From contig CDMY01000429.1 of NCBI GenBank assembly GCA_001179505.1, forward strand, positions 13,889 through 77,888: a stretch of 64,000 bases of DNA, given 5' to 3'. Positions 41,352 to 53,609 of the stretch are shown here, one piece after another; positions within the stretch are counted from its first letter, which is position 1; each line of letters begins with the position of its first letter. The notes under the pieces were generated by a model that was not told the DNA's origin, did no database searches, and was given only the letters and a program-made list of their open reading frames with translations. A program made the translations under genes and the position numbers. This stretch comes from Vitrella brassicaformis CCMP3155 (taxonomy: Eukaryota > Protista > Chromerida).

Positions 41352-42750
41352 TGGTCAGGTGGTGTTGGTGTAAACATCACAGGTTCGCTTGGCGGAGTGC
41401 CGGTGGCGAGGCCGTTTATGGAGCCGGAATCGGCACAGATTGCCAGGACCATACACGTCGACAACCTGCCAATGGAGGTAGGTGAGATGGATGGATGCAT
41501 GAAGACGTCTCTCGAGAGAGAGAGAGGCAGGGATCCTGGCATGTGTGTATGTGTGTGTGAATGTGCGTATGGTGCGGTGCAGACGACAGAGGACGACCTG
41601 AAAGGCGTTTTTGGTCTGATGGGCACCGTCACTGCGCTGCGGGTCATTCAGCCCCCAGACAAGGACGGGTGAGCAGTCAGTCCGTCGAGGGGCGGAGGAG
41701 TCCATCCATCCATCCACTCTAGAGTCCATCTTTCTGTGTCCTATATGTGTGTGTCAGTGACAAGAAGTTCGCTCTCATCGAGTACAAGGACCGAAGCCAA
41801 GCCGAGCAGGTCAGTCAGTGTTACTGAGTGGCTGGGACACAGCACTGGCAACCTCCCCCTCCATAGATATCGCCTGTGTGCAGGCCTTCAAGCTCAATGG
41901 CTACCAGATGCGCGGCAGGAAGATCAAGTGGGCTGTGGCCGATCCCTCATGTGTCTGTGATCCATCCATCCATCCGTGTGCCTGTGTATGTGAATGTATG
42001 TATGTATGTATGTGTGTCTGTCTGTCAGGCTGTCTCCCTCCAAGACGACGGTGCATCCCCGCGAGCCGCTGAACGTCTCGTTTGACGTGCCCATCAACAA
42101 CCCGGTCCCCGTGGCCTACCAGCAGCTGCAGAAAATACGACTCGAGGAGAAGATGCAAAAGGTGAAAGGGCGTCACGCCACGCCACGACACGCCACGCCA
42201 CGCCACACGGCGCAGAAAGTGTGAACATATGGATGGATGGATGGATGTGTGTGTGTGTGTCAGGTCCGTGCGGCGCAGGAGAACCTCGTCAAGAAGCTGG
42301 CAGAGAAAGGTGAATGATAGCACATCCATCCATCCATCTCTATCCATCTCTATCCATCTCTGTCCCTAATTCGGCACACATACAATGTGTGTGTGTCGCT
42401 GTCTGTCATTCATATCAGATGCTGCCCGGCGTGAGGAGGAGAACGTGCGCCGCGAAGACAGGAACAGACGCGGCAACAAGTATGAAGGCACGGCACCGCA
42501 CGCACACCAGCCATCGCCGCCACCAACGCACACACACCTGCACTGCATGTGTGTGTGTCGGTGCGTCAGTCGTTCCCGGTCTGGGTCGTCGAGGTCTCGT
42601 TCGTCGTCCCGTTCCTCGTCGGTGGGGCGGCGGCGCCGACCCAGCCGCGACAGGGACAGACAGAGATACAGGGACAGGTAGATCCGTAGGTCAATGCGGG
42701 GGGCTGGGTTGAACAGACGGGTGAATATAGATAGCACTCCTGGTAGGCAC

Positions 42751-42781
<31 letters not shown>

Positions 42782-44646
42782 CAGGGACAGAGAGAGGGAC
42801 AGGAGGTATCGCGACTCGGACAGGTGTGTTGTGTCTGGAGGCACGTATGGATGGGCGTATGGATGGATGGATGGATGTGTGTGTGTGGCGCTTTGGTTGC
42901 GTGTCTCCATCACATGCAATGCATCCGCGTCCATCCATCAGACGTCGGTATGACGAGGCGCCCTCTTGGTACCTGAAGGGCAGGGGATACCACGACAGAG
43001 GCAGGAGGAGGTCAGCAGCCAACCGACCTTGAAGCACCCTCTCTGTCTTTCTCTCTCACCAACACACAACCACTTGTCCGCGTGTGCAGGCGTGATCGCG
43101 ACCGAGATGTGGACGACGACTGGCGCGACAAGGACAGAGACAGAGACAGAGACAGGGACCGTTCACGGGTGCGCACACAGACACAACACAACATGTAACT
43201 AACGCACTACTGGTGTGCAGGACCGCTATCGGGGGAGGAGGTCGCCCTCCCATGACGACGAAGACCGTGACCGTGACCGTGAGAGGGGCAGGGACAAGGA
43301 GAGGCGGCGACGCGACGTCAATGAAGACGACGACCATGGCGATGTGGGCGAGAGGGAGGGGAACGTCAAGACGAGGACCAAACATGACAAGCGGGACGAT
43401 GAGAGAGGTAGGTACATCACACACACACGTGTCCATCCATCCATCCATGTATGTCTGTATGTATGTGTCGATATATCTGTGTGTTGCGTGCAGGCGGTGG
43501 TGGTGGTGAAAGTGAGAAGGCCCCGCAGCGCGCAAAAGATGAGATGGACTACAGGTGGGTGGGTAGTACACTTTGACAGGGACAGGCAGGTGCACACACA
43601 CACAGGCAGGCAGGCAGGCAGCCTTGCAGCCTTAGCGCAGCGCAGCGCCCTCCACCCATTGATTCCTAGCATCCATCCATCCATCCATGGTGCATTCATC
43701 ACTCCTTCCACATGTATGTATGTATGGCATATATGTCGCGGGCGGGTGGGGTGGTCAGCCCCGAGAGAGTCAGTGCATACATGGATCTGTACCCACCTAC
43801 TGGGTAAGCTGCCTGCCTACCTGCCTACCTGTGACCCCGATCCACTCACTCTCACCCTATCTATTCTCTGTCTGTCTGTCTGTCTGTTTGTGTGTGTGTG
43901 TGTGTCGCTGCCGGCCTGGTGTGCCTGTCTGGGTGCGCTTCGTTCAGTCCCGAGAGTCGCCCTGCAGCCAAGAAAGACAAGAAGAGGCCGCCCAAGGACC
44001 AGGACAATGAAGACCGCGACCGCGATATCGACGACAATGACGACGACAGGCCACACAAAACCAGCAGAGACAGAAGGTGCGTGCGTGCCTGCCTGTCTGC
44101 CTGCCGCACCACACAATCCGCCCTCGATCTGCTTGTATGACGGGCCTCCACGTGTGTGTGTGTGTGATGCACTCCCTCCCTCCCTCCCTCCCTTGTCTCA
44201 GCAGGGACGATCGACGTCACGGTGAGGCAAAGGTCAACGGCAGGGAGCGGGACCGTGACCGAGGCGATGAGGACGATGATGACGATCGCAGGCGACACAA
44301 GCGCGACAAGAGGTCGGTCGGGCACGCACACACACAGAGAGGCACATCGATGCGGTGCATTCAGGTCGGCCCGTCCACGGATGATGTGCATTGATTGACT
44401 TTGTGTGTGTAACGTCAGTCACAGGGGGGACAAGAGGAGGCGGGACGACTCAGATCAGGACGACAACCGGGTACTCGACTCACTCAGCCCACCACACTCA
44501 GCCAACGCACCCTGTGTGTGGTGTGTATGGTCTGTCTGTCTGTCCGTCAGGACCGCCGTCGTGCCGACACGAGGCGGCACTATGAGGATGACGACGACGA
44601 CGACGACGACGACCGAGACAGACAGAGGAAGCGACACGCCAGATGA
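40630..44646 (+). CDS. Two-RRM SR-related splicing factor with a long RD/RS-rich tail (SRSF11/SREK1-like)
   Basis: RRM1 SVYIRNL..YCQVDF; RRM2 RTIHVDNLP..FALIEY..LNGYQMRGRKIK; tail SRSRSGSSRSRS plus many DRDRDR exons; stop at 44644-44646. Confidence 0.85.
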
Positions 44647-45240
44647 ACCAAACCAAACGAGCGGATGGCCACGCCGCTGGTTCTGCGAAGGGTACCTACC
44701 CGAGTGCAGTGCATGTTTAGGGGCGATAAATAAGATGCGTGTATGTGTGTGGGCTGTGCGGGTGGGTGCGTATGGCCCTTGCCTCCTCCTCTCTGCGCAG
44801 CGCATTCATGCCGGCGTGCTCCCGTGCCGTCAAAGGAAGGAGGCGCTTTAGAGCATCATCAATCTTGTCAGTCACGTGTGGGTGTCACGGACGGTCAGCC
44901 CTGCCTGTGCTGCTGTGCCATGTGTGTGTATTGTGGAGTCTGGATGCCTGCCTGAATGAATGAATGAATGCAGTGTGTGTATGCGTGGAGCAGTAGAAAC
45001 ACACCTTCCTTCTCCAACAGGTGAATGACTCACGCCAGGGTTTGGGGCTGGGCCTCGGGCTACACAGGGTTAGGGTCATAGGGTTAGCGTTTTGTCGAAG
45101 GGAGTTCAAGCCAAGATTCGTGTAGCGACGTGCTTCAGACCCGCTCACACGTCTTTAAGTCATAATCACTGTCCGATAAGAAGATCGGTTGGGCAGAGAT
45201 AGATCTCTTCTGACCACTCCTTCCTGCAGTTGTCAGCAAG

Positions 45241-45944
45241 ATGTGGACGTCCGTCGCGTTCGTGGCCGTTGTGCTGATGCTGACTCAAGGAAAGGTGAGG
45301 AGCGGGAGAGGGGAGAAATAGACACAGCTGGATGGTCGCATTGCTGTGTGTGGTCTGGAGCTCGGCAGGAGTGCATGGCTTATGCGCCAGGCATGTCGGC
45401 CTCGGCGCTGCAGTCAGTGATCCAGAAGCCGGTCTCAGCCAAGCCGGTGCTGCGAGGACGGACTGCCACTCTCGTGTCGTCATCGTCTGTCGCCAAGCCA
45501 CCCGCTGCAGCCGCCAGCAAGGCTGAGGTCAGTGTGTCAGAGAGTGATCACGTGTTGTGTGTGGTGATCCATTGTGCTGTGCATGGCTTTTGCCTCGTTC
45601 CCTGTTTCTGTCTGTGTGTATGTCAGACTGTCAAGAAGGCCGAGTACGTGGCGATAGTGGCCAACAAGGCGGGCGTGTCCAAGAAGGAGACCGAGACCGT
45701 GCTCAAGGCGCTGACCGAGACCATAGTGGAGACGGTGGTGAGTGGCAAGAAGATCAACATCCCCAACATCGGCACCTTCGAGCCCAAGCACCGCCAGAAG
45801 AGGACGGGCCGCAACCCCCGCACGGGAGAGGTGCTCGACATCCCCCCTTCCACAGTCCCCAGCCTCTCCATCTCCACCGTATTCAAGAAGGCCGTCAACG
45901 GAGAGGGACCGCTCCCCGGCAAGGCCGACAAAGCCGCCGGATAG
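45241..45944 (+). CDS. HU: Nucleus-encoded plastid nucleoid protein HU (bacterial histone-like), bipartite targeting leader
   Basis: KKAEYVAIVANKAGVSKKE..KKINIPNIGTFEPKHRQKRTGRNPRTGEVLDIP..P. Three exons; signal MWTSVAFVAVVLMLTQGKECMA followed by YAP and a S/K/A-rich transit-like stretch. Confidence 0.95.
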
Positions 45945-46443
45945 ACAGACGGACGGACGACATTTCATTCGATGGATGGATGCTTCCGGCATGCATACCT
46001 GTGTGTGTGCGGGCGGGCGGGAGGGCGTGTGCGTGTGTGGGCGGGGGTTGGCAGTGTTGCAAGGAGGGAGGGAGGGGCGTTTTAGAGCCATGCGTGCGGT
46101 GGACGGACGGGTGAAATGATGGACGGACCAAGACAGAGAGACGGATGTGTGTGTGTGTATGTATGTATGGGTGAAGGTACTTTTTGCCCGGTGGACTGTT
46201 TGGTGCTCTGTGAGTGAGCTTTGTACCATGGTACCTGCCTGCCTCACCTCGTCTGGCTGTCTGTCTGTCTGTATGGCTTGCTGGATGGATGAATGCCCGC
46301 CTGCCGCATTCGTGTCGTGATCGAGCGAGAAAGCGGCAGATGGTTGGGCTTGCTGCCTTGGCTTTGTGGCTGGCGAGAGGGAGACAGGGAGGGAGGGAGG
46401 GAGGTGGGGAGGGAGGCCTCCTCCTGTAGACTGACGGCGAGTG

Positions 46444-46499
46444 ACTTTTGGATGTGAGGCTTCTGATTTGTACGTCGTTCCCGCCTCACATCCAAAAGT
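46444..46499. repeat. Perfect 17-bp inverted repeat with a 22-nt loop
   Basis: acttttggatgtgaggc (46444-46460) and gcctcacatccaaaagt (46483-46499). Confidence 0.95.
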
Positions 46500-47272
46500 A
46501 TGTGGTATGGAGTGGTATGGATTGTGTGGTATGGATGTGGGGTATGGAGTGGTGTTGCGCTGGTGCAGATGTTGTGTGTGTGTTGTGTTGTGTTGTGTCG
46601 GTGGCCGGGTAGCACACATCACTCTGACGGACATTGAGATCATATCACGCATTGTGGTGCGATTTGTCCATTCTCAACATTCTGCACGCCCTCTGTAATG
46701 CGGCCACACACAATTGAGCCTAGTATCATCTGCGGCGCGCGTGTGTGGCTTGTGTGCCGTCACTGTTCGTCACAAAGGGCGTGGATGTCTGTGAACTCGT
46801 AATCGTCCTCCTGCGAAATGCAGTGACGCACACATACACACATACACGACACTCAGGCGGGGCAGTTGGCGGGGCGCACCTGATGCCTGCCTGCCTGCCT
46901 GCCCTCCCTGGTCATGGTATAAGTGGTGATGGTGTGGCCTCTCGTATGCTCTGCTCTGTTGGTGCTTTTCTCCTCTGTCTGTCTGTCTGTCTGGCTGAGC
47001 GACTGGGTTGTGGGTAGAAGGACTACATAGAGGACGAATGGCTGCATATGCCGACACTGTGTGTCTGAGTGACGTACACGTGCGTCCACACCTGCAGCTG
47101 AATCCATTCATTGATAGGGAGAACAGAGTCTAGATCATCGCTTCTTTGCTTTTTCTTCATTCCATAAGCCCAAAAGCCCGCCGCTAGTGATACCGAAAGC
47201 ACCCTACGCAAGAACTGACGGCACATTTCTGCACTGACGTACACATCTGGCTGGCATAACCGTTAGTTAAAG

Positions 47273-50200
47273 TCACAAATAGACGTCGCCGAGGAGATTG
47301 AAGAAGCCTAGCTTCTGCGTGAGGGTCCTGCAAAGGAGAACGTACACACATTCACACGAGGTTACGTCATTCGCAACAACAATACCGGTATCGTTCGGTG
47401 TCCTTCCCAAACACGTTGATTGTCCAGGGGAACCTGTGCACACACATACGCACTCCCGTCTGTCTGTCCGCACACACGACAAGTCTCCCTCTCCCGTTTG
47501 CGCACAGCTGCCCGATGGTGTTGATCCGCTCATTCACGTCAGCAGGCGAGAGGTTTGGACCTGGCCTCAGCTTCCATGTCTTGACTCCTGTGGCGAGACA
47601 CGAAAGGCAAAAGTGAGTGTCTGCGCGCAGGGGATGGTGTCTTCACTGACCGAGACAGAGGTTGATGATGGTCTGGTCGATGCTGCCTGGGTGAATGTCC
47701 CACGCACCCTTAGGGGTGAAGTAGCCGTGGAAGATAGACCGTTTGGACCTGGGCGAAGAGACGCATGCAAAAAGATGCGTGTCAGCGAGACTGAGTGAGT
47801 GTGTCGGCTGCTCCAGCACCCGAGTATATCTAATGGCGTCGAGCCACGGTCTGTCAGCTCTTTGAGAGCATTCGCGTTGTGTATCGCCAATCTGGTCATT
47901 CCAGTCGATGGATACATCGTTTGTCCGGTCACTGTTTGGCGTACTTGAACATCAGTGGGGCGAGCTGATGAGGCTTGTTGTGGAGTTGTTCCAGCCACTT
48001 ACTCGCGAACTCGTTGTCCGACCGCCTGTGCACCTTGGGCCTGAACAGCAAAGGATTGTCCGTGACTCCGTGTGTCCACATGCTGAGCGAGAGTCGATTA
48101 CCTGAACAGCTTGTTTCGAAAAAGGCCAATTTCAGCCTTGTCTGCGTCTGTAAATCACACAAAACAAGCACGTCGGATCTCCACACGGCCTTCTTGCATC
48201 GATGCCTGTCTGCCGCTTACCGTGGACATGGACGCCCGTCTCGAGGTCGAGGTAGCCCAGCAGTCTGAACGCCAATGAACGAGTAACATGTCAGCAGAAG
48301 AGGTCTCTGTCTCATTACGATCGATCGTTCAGGTTCGCAGAGGAAATGATTGCATCCGTGTCGTCGGCAATCAGCGCCTTGGAATGAACGTACGTGTGCG
48401 CCCACTCTATTTCTCCCTGGCCTGCAGGCAGTCAGTGCGCAAAAGGCGCCGCGGTGGCTTTGAGCCTTACCAAGCCTTTGGTAAGTGACTCCGCCCTACG
48501 AACAGGCAGACCATTGTTTTTCATCTGCAGATGTGTGTCGTCCTTCAAGACTGTGGACCTGGAAGAGAACCGCCAAGTAGTCCGTCAGTTTGGTCCTGCT
48601 CCCCACGAGGCCTTCGTGCTGAGCGCTGCTGAGGACCCTCTCAAGAGCAGGCACCAGGCCACACTGGTGGTGGAATAGCGTCACGTAACGCGGATAGAAC
48701 AGCTGCGGCGTGCCACATCGGATCAGCACATCTGAGCACCATCGAAATCGTCTCTCCTTTCTCACCCCGGCTTCCTCAGCAACGAGCGACTCGACCAGAA
48801 CGACGGAAAACTTCTCTTTTTTTTTCGGATGGCTCGCTTGATGCGCCTGTGTCGACGCACAACACGGGGGGCCTGTGGACGATGTCCATTCGTCAGATCG
48901 GCTCACCTATAGAGTGCTATGGCGATGTGATTCTAAGACACACGCACACCCACAGATGGACAGAGAGCGTGCTGCAGAATCCCAGACCTTAGCGAAGAAG
49001 TTTTTCTTTGACGACTCCCATGTCTGAAGAAAAGCACAGAAGCAGAGAAGCAGAGAATTATGGTTGGAGAAACATCGTCTCTCTCCGACGGACGCAGTCC
49101 CCAGGAAAATTGCGGCTGCTGTCTGCTGGCGCCGACGACAGTTGCGTGTGGAAGTCAATGATCTTTTTGGGGATGCCTTCCCACGGGCGCAAAGCAGCGC
49201 TGTATATCGAGAACCAGATTGAGAAGCTGGCCGGTCCAATCACTCGCCCAATTGAAATGCTGTACCTGACGATATACTGGTTCTCGATATAGACGTACGA
49301 TTGGGCGTTCTAGGTAGATCACAGCACGCGACAATATTGAGGCCTCACCGACACAACACGTGTACCTTAATCAGGCTCAGGTACGCGTCGTAAACGCTTG
49401 TGACTGGAACGGAAACGAAAAGACAAGAGACAGCACTCTAAACTAACATGTATGCCTTTGCCTACCAGGATGTGAGTATCCTCCGGTCCTCAACCAATAG
49501 TAATCACCTGAAACACGAGCAGGAAATCAGACATTCCATAGGTACCATGATTGACTACCCACCTGTGACGAGGGCTCGACACTGAGTTGCGCTGGGCTTG
49601 GCGTCGTTGCCGGACAGCAACTGCCGGACAATGTCTCTTCGTCTTGTGGCGGCAGCTTCGTCTCGCTTCCACTCTTCCATTGAAGGAGGGAGATTTTCTT
49701 GTTTACACTGAAAGCGGGCAACGCGCAATCATGGAGACGTCGCCAAACACAGTTACAATAATGCTGCTTGACATACCTCTGTCTTGGTGGTGAAGAAGCT
49801 TGTGCCATTGCTGTGGCAGCCATACCTAACACGTTCTCACGTGAATTGGACTTATTCTCAAGTATCGGTCTTGTCCGATTCACGTGAGAACGTGTTACCT
49901 CCAACAATTCACGTGAATGGAAGCAATGTCTGCTGCTGCTTGACCTGTCCAGACAAACGAACATCAGTGAAACCGGAGACGTATCTGGCGATCGACACTG
50001 CACCTGTGATGCGGGCCTGTGTGCCGTGATGGTCTTTGTTTGACGATTTTCGCTTTGGATTGCTCCGATGGTGCGATGGGGTAGCTGCCCTGCTCAAATG
50101 GGTTTGTGTATGTTTTGTGTGTGTCCATTCGGGCCCGTGTCATGCACCTGTCTTTGCTGATATCGATTCCACCGACATAGGCAATCTCGCGATTGATGAT

Positions 50201-51769
50201 GACTTTCTTGGCATGCGCTGTAGAGATTGATGATGAGCATCGACGACGATTTTGATGATTTGTGGTGTCTATATGGCAGCCCACCGCTCCGGAGGAAAGA
50301 CAGACTGTCTTGTGGCGTCTTGTAGGTGCACTTGCGCCGTTTGATGTCTGACAACTTGTATCCGTAGTCTAATTGAGAGAGAGAGAGAGAAAAAAAACAC
50401 ACATCATACGCAGCGAGACGTCGATGCGTGTGTCTCCCTGCACCTACCAAGGAATATGGGACTGAAAGGAATACACAGAAAAGGCCCGCGTAGGCGCAGA
50501 CGTGTGTGTACAGTGCGTTGTTTCTTACATTCCCATATCGATCAGACGGTCCATTTCCTTTGGTCCGTGAAAGCCGCCCACGCTCTGCAGGGTCATCGAC
50601 CACCAAGTGAAGTAGATTTTGACCCCCTGAGTAATGAAACGCAATTGAAGCGACGCATGACGGCCATGCAAGATTGTAAACTGCACGGTGCTGTGCATGT
50701 TGCCTTGTACTCTCTGAAGAAGCTTATGGAGAACATTCCAAAATGAGCTCTCGGGGTGCTCATCGCCCAGCAGAGGGACATCAAGGTGGAAGTCCCACGC
50801 AGAGAAAATGACTTCACTGTCACTCCCCGACAGGGCAGGATCCTATCGCCATACACAGAGACATCTCACATCCAACTGCGCTATATGAAAGCACGTAGCT
50901 GCACCAAGAGCCTGACAAGCCAAACACACGGCACAAGTGGGACAATTTTGGTGAGACATCCGTCGGCTGCTGCTCACATGAAATACAGCTCTTCGTAGTA
51001 TCCAAGCGGCTCCGGAGGGACGCCTTCTGCCCATTGTGGATACATCTTCTTCCTTTGCTCAGAGTCCACAATTTGCACGTCGAACAGACTGGTCAAGCGA
51101 GATGATATGTGAGTCTTCATGTCGGATTGGCAACTTTCAAGGTCACCTATCCGACAGCGAGGCCACAAAGCCACGAAAGGTGCCTGGCAAACCACAGCTC
51201 GGCATCCCCAGCCTGCGCTCGTCGTTTCGCGTGTATTGAATCGAGCTTACAGGGCTGGAACGCAAAATTGCCTGCCCTTTCTTCCACTGGGGCGTTTGTG
51301 TATCTTCCGCATTCGTCGCGGTCAAACTCTCCTGCAGTCGCCGAGAGAATTAATCCTAGCGCCTGCAGCCGAATCCGTCACGGTGCTGTTGCCTACCCCG
51401 AAGCTCATCGCCGTTCACCAGGCGCCTGAGGCTGCGTCTGCTTCTCGGTGTCTCCCCACCCGTCTCATTGGCCGCCAATGATTTCTGAATGTGGGAGGAC
51501 GCTCTGTTCCTGAATGTCGCAGCAGAGGGAGTTACAGCCCCTGCGCAAACAGTGCAGAACAGAGCGAGAATGATCGAATGTGGGACAGAGCTCGAGTATC
51601 GTTGAGAAACAGACCCCAAGAGAAAACGAGCGAGATAACAAGCACCTAGGCACTTGTGGGAACCATATCGACTCCTCGTGGTGTTCCGGAAAAAAGACGG
51701 GGGGGCGGCCCCCAGGACAGGAACATGATTTACGCACAGGCCAGGATTTCCTTGTGCATGGCGTGACAC
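47273..51769 (-). CDS. PLD: Eukaryotic (PC-PLD-type) phospholipase D, about 25 exons, one apparent frameshift in an A9 run; start codon uncertain
   Basis: YEELYF..IFSAWDF, LLQRGVKIY, HAKKVIINREIAYVGGID (motif 1), GQAAADIA, SVYDAYLSLIKNAQSYVYIENQY, RIKRAI..EKFSVV, DYL, YVHSKALIADD..SANLNDRSLLG (motif 2), RGRLVVFP. Splice phases are consistent apart from 48817-48825. Confidence 0.85.
49826..49898 (-). mobile_element. Introner-like intron: 19-bp terminal inverted repeats flanked by a duplicated AGGT
   Basis: Minus strand: ..GG AGGT aacacgttctcacgtgaat-31nt-attcacgtgagaacgtgtt AGGT ATG.. Removing 73 nt restores NCWR|YGC in frame. Confidence 0.55.
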
Positions 51770-52123
51770 GGGACGGACATATCAATCCGTTGAATGGTAA
51801 ATCCTTGGGGGCGACACGATGATTTCGCGCTGAGGGATGCATTGGCGATGCGGTCCGTTGTGTGTTGAATTAAATTCGGACATGCACGTGTGAGCGTCCA
51901 TTTATTCCATCAACTATCTGCCGCAGATCGATCGACCAATGGTGTGTCTTTTTGTCCGTATTCATGCCAGCCACCTATTCCGCCTTCCCCCCTCCCTCCC
52001 TGATTTATTGACACATGTCGGTCCCCCTTTCACGCGGCTAGCAGTTTGGTCGACGGCTGGGTGTGTATGGTGGCTACAGCCGGTGAGAACGGGCGAACAG
52101 ATAAAGGGACGGACGGACGGACG

Positions 52124-52161
<38 letters not shown>

Positions 52162-52637
52162 GAGGGCTTCTCCCCCACATCAACACACACACACACGCAC
52201 GCACACACACGCATGAAGTGCCTGCGTATGTCTGCACGGCATCCCGCAGCTCATCTCTCCCTCCAAATATATATTCAAAGACGCAGCAAGAAAGGAAACT
52301 TTGGTTTGTGTTATGTATGTGTAGTGGCTACGCGTGTCGTTGAGTCGACGGTCAGGCAGCATCTGTTAAATTCCGAATTGCATTCGCAAAAGCCACCGTA
52401 CTCCCGGAACTTGTTGCACTGACACCACGAGGAGATCTGCAATTGGAGATCTGAACGTCGCCCATACAGCCCCACCATTTGCCGTGAAGGCAGATCTCCG
52501 GCGTCTTGTAGTCATCGCAGCGGCCTGCCAAATACACACACAAGATGAAGCATCCCGGATGAAAGCACCCAGCAGCAACAATAGAAGAGAGAATTGTTGC
52601 CGTTCCGCACATATAGGGACGGCTGCATCATGCGTTG

Positions 52638-53480
52638 TCAGTAGTTCGTTGTGGTGTGCATGAGCTGCCCTTCTATGTTGTTAATGGCCTGGAGGGCGGC
52701 CTTATTGGTGGTCAGTGCGGCCTCGGTGGTGGTAATGGCGTGGCGGATGCTGTCCTTGGCGAGGCCGAGCTGAGCCGACAACACACCCATTACGGTACCT
52801 GCACACACCCAGAGCAGTAGATGGATGCACGACCGTAGACAGTACACGACACGTGCAAAAATGTGTGTGTTATGTATATGTGAGGAGCCATGCATTTCGG
52901 TCTCCACACATGCACGCGTCCCCCACCTAACTGTGGCTATCGTGCCGCGACCCTCTGTCCTCGATGAACGAAGTCGGAGGAATGATACTGGCCGAACTCT
53001 CAACTGCAGCGCACCACGCATGCACAACACACCGGTGTGCTCCTTCTTTCCAGATCCCATCCGATGGACGCACCGTATTTGTCTCTGGCGGCCTGGATCT
53101 CCTGACCACGGCGCACAAACGACGCACCTGCACACAGCCGACGACGATTCGAACGAACGGCATACATGTGAATGAATGAGCCACACACGCATAGATCTCC
53201 ACCGTACATGTCGGTATTGCAGTCCTTCCCCTCGCAATCGTCGGCGCCATAGCTCCGCCTCACACACCGACACCTCTGCAGCCATAGATCAGCCATAGAT
53301 CAGCCATCCATATGGACAAAAGGGCACCGAAAACGCAAAGAATGGACAGATCTGCCGGTTTGGTGCGGGTGTGTCCCCCTGTGGCTTACGTCGGCCATAA
53401 ATGCGCTGAGCCGCCAGCAGCGGCTCAGCAATGGCCGCCAGGCCGACCACCACGACGATACCGAAGCCGAAACGCATCAT
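52638..53480 (-). CDS. Putative secreted multi-exon protein with a Cys-rich segment and a C-terminal amphipathic helix (structure uncertain)
   Basis: Leader MMRFGFGIVVVVGLAAIAEPLLAA; exons RCRCVRRSYGADDCEGKDC, GASFVRRGQEIQAARDKY and TVMGVLSAQLGLAKDSIRHAI..NY*. Junctions are only tentatively resolved. Confidence 0.4.
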
Positions 53481-53609
53481 AGCGGCTCGACTAAAGCTCC
53501 GCAGAATGAACGAACGATGCGCTCGTCGGAAAACTCGAGATCTCTCCCGCGGCCCCCCTCTCACCACATGTAAATTCTCTGGCGGCGCACCCCCTTGGTG
53601 TCCGCCCAG

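Noticed and set aside
47273-51769. Heavily decayed PLD pseudogene with many stops and frameshifts
   Set aside because: All apparent lesions except one fall inside short GT-AG introns once splice phases are matched.
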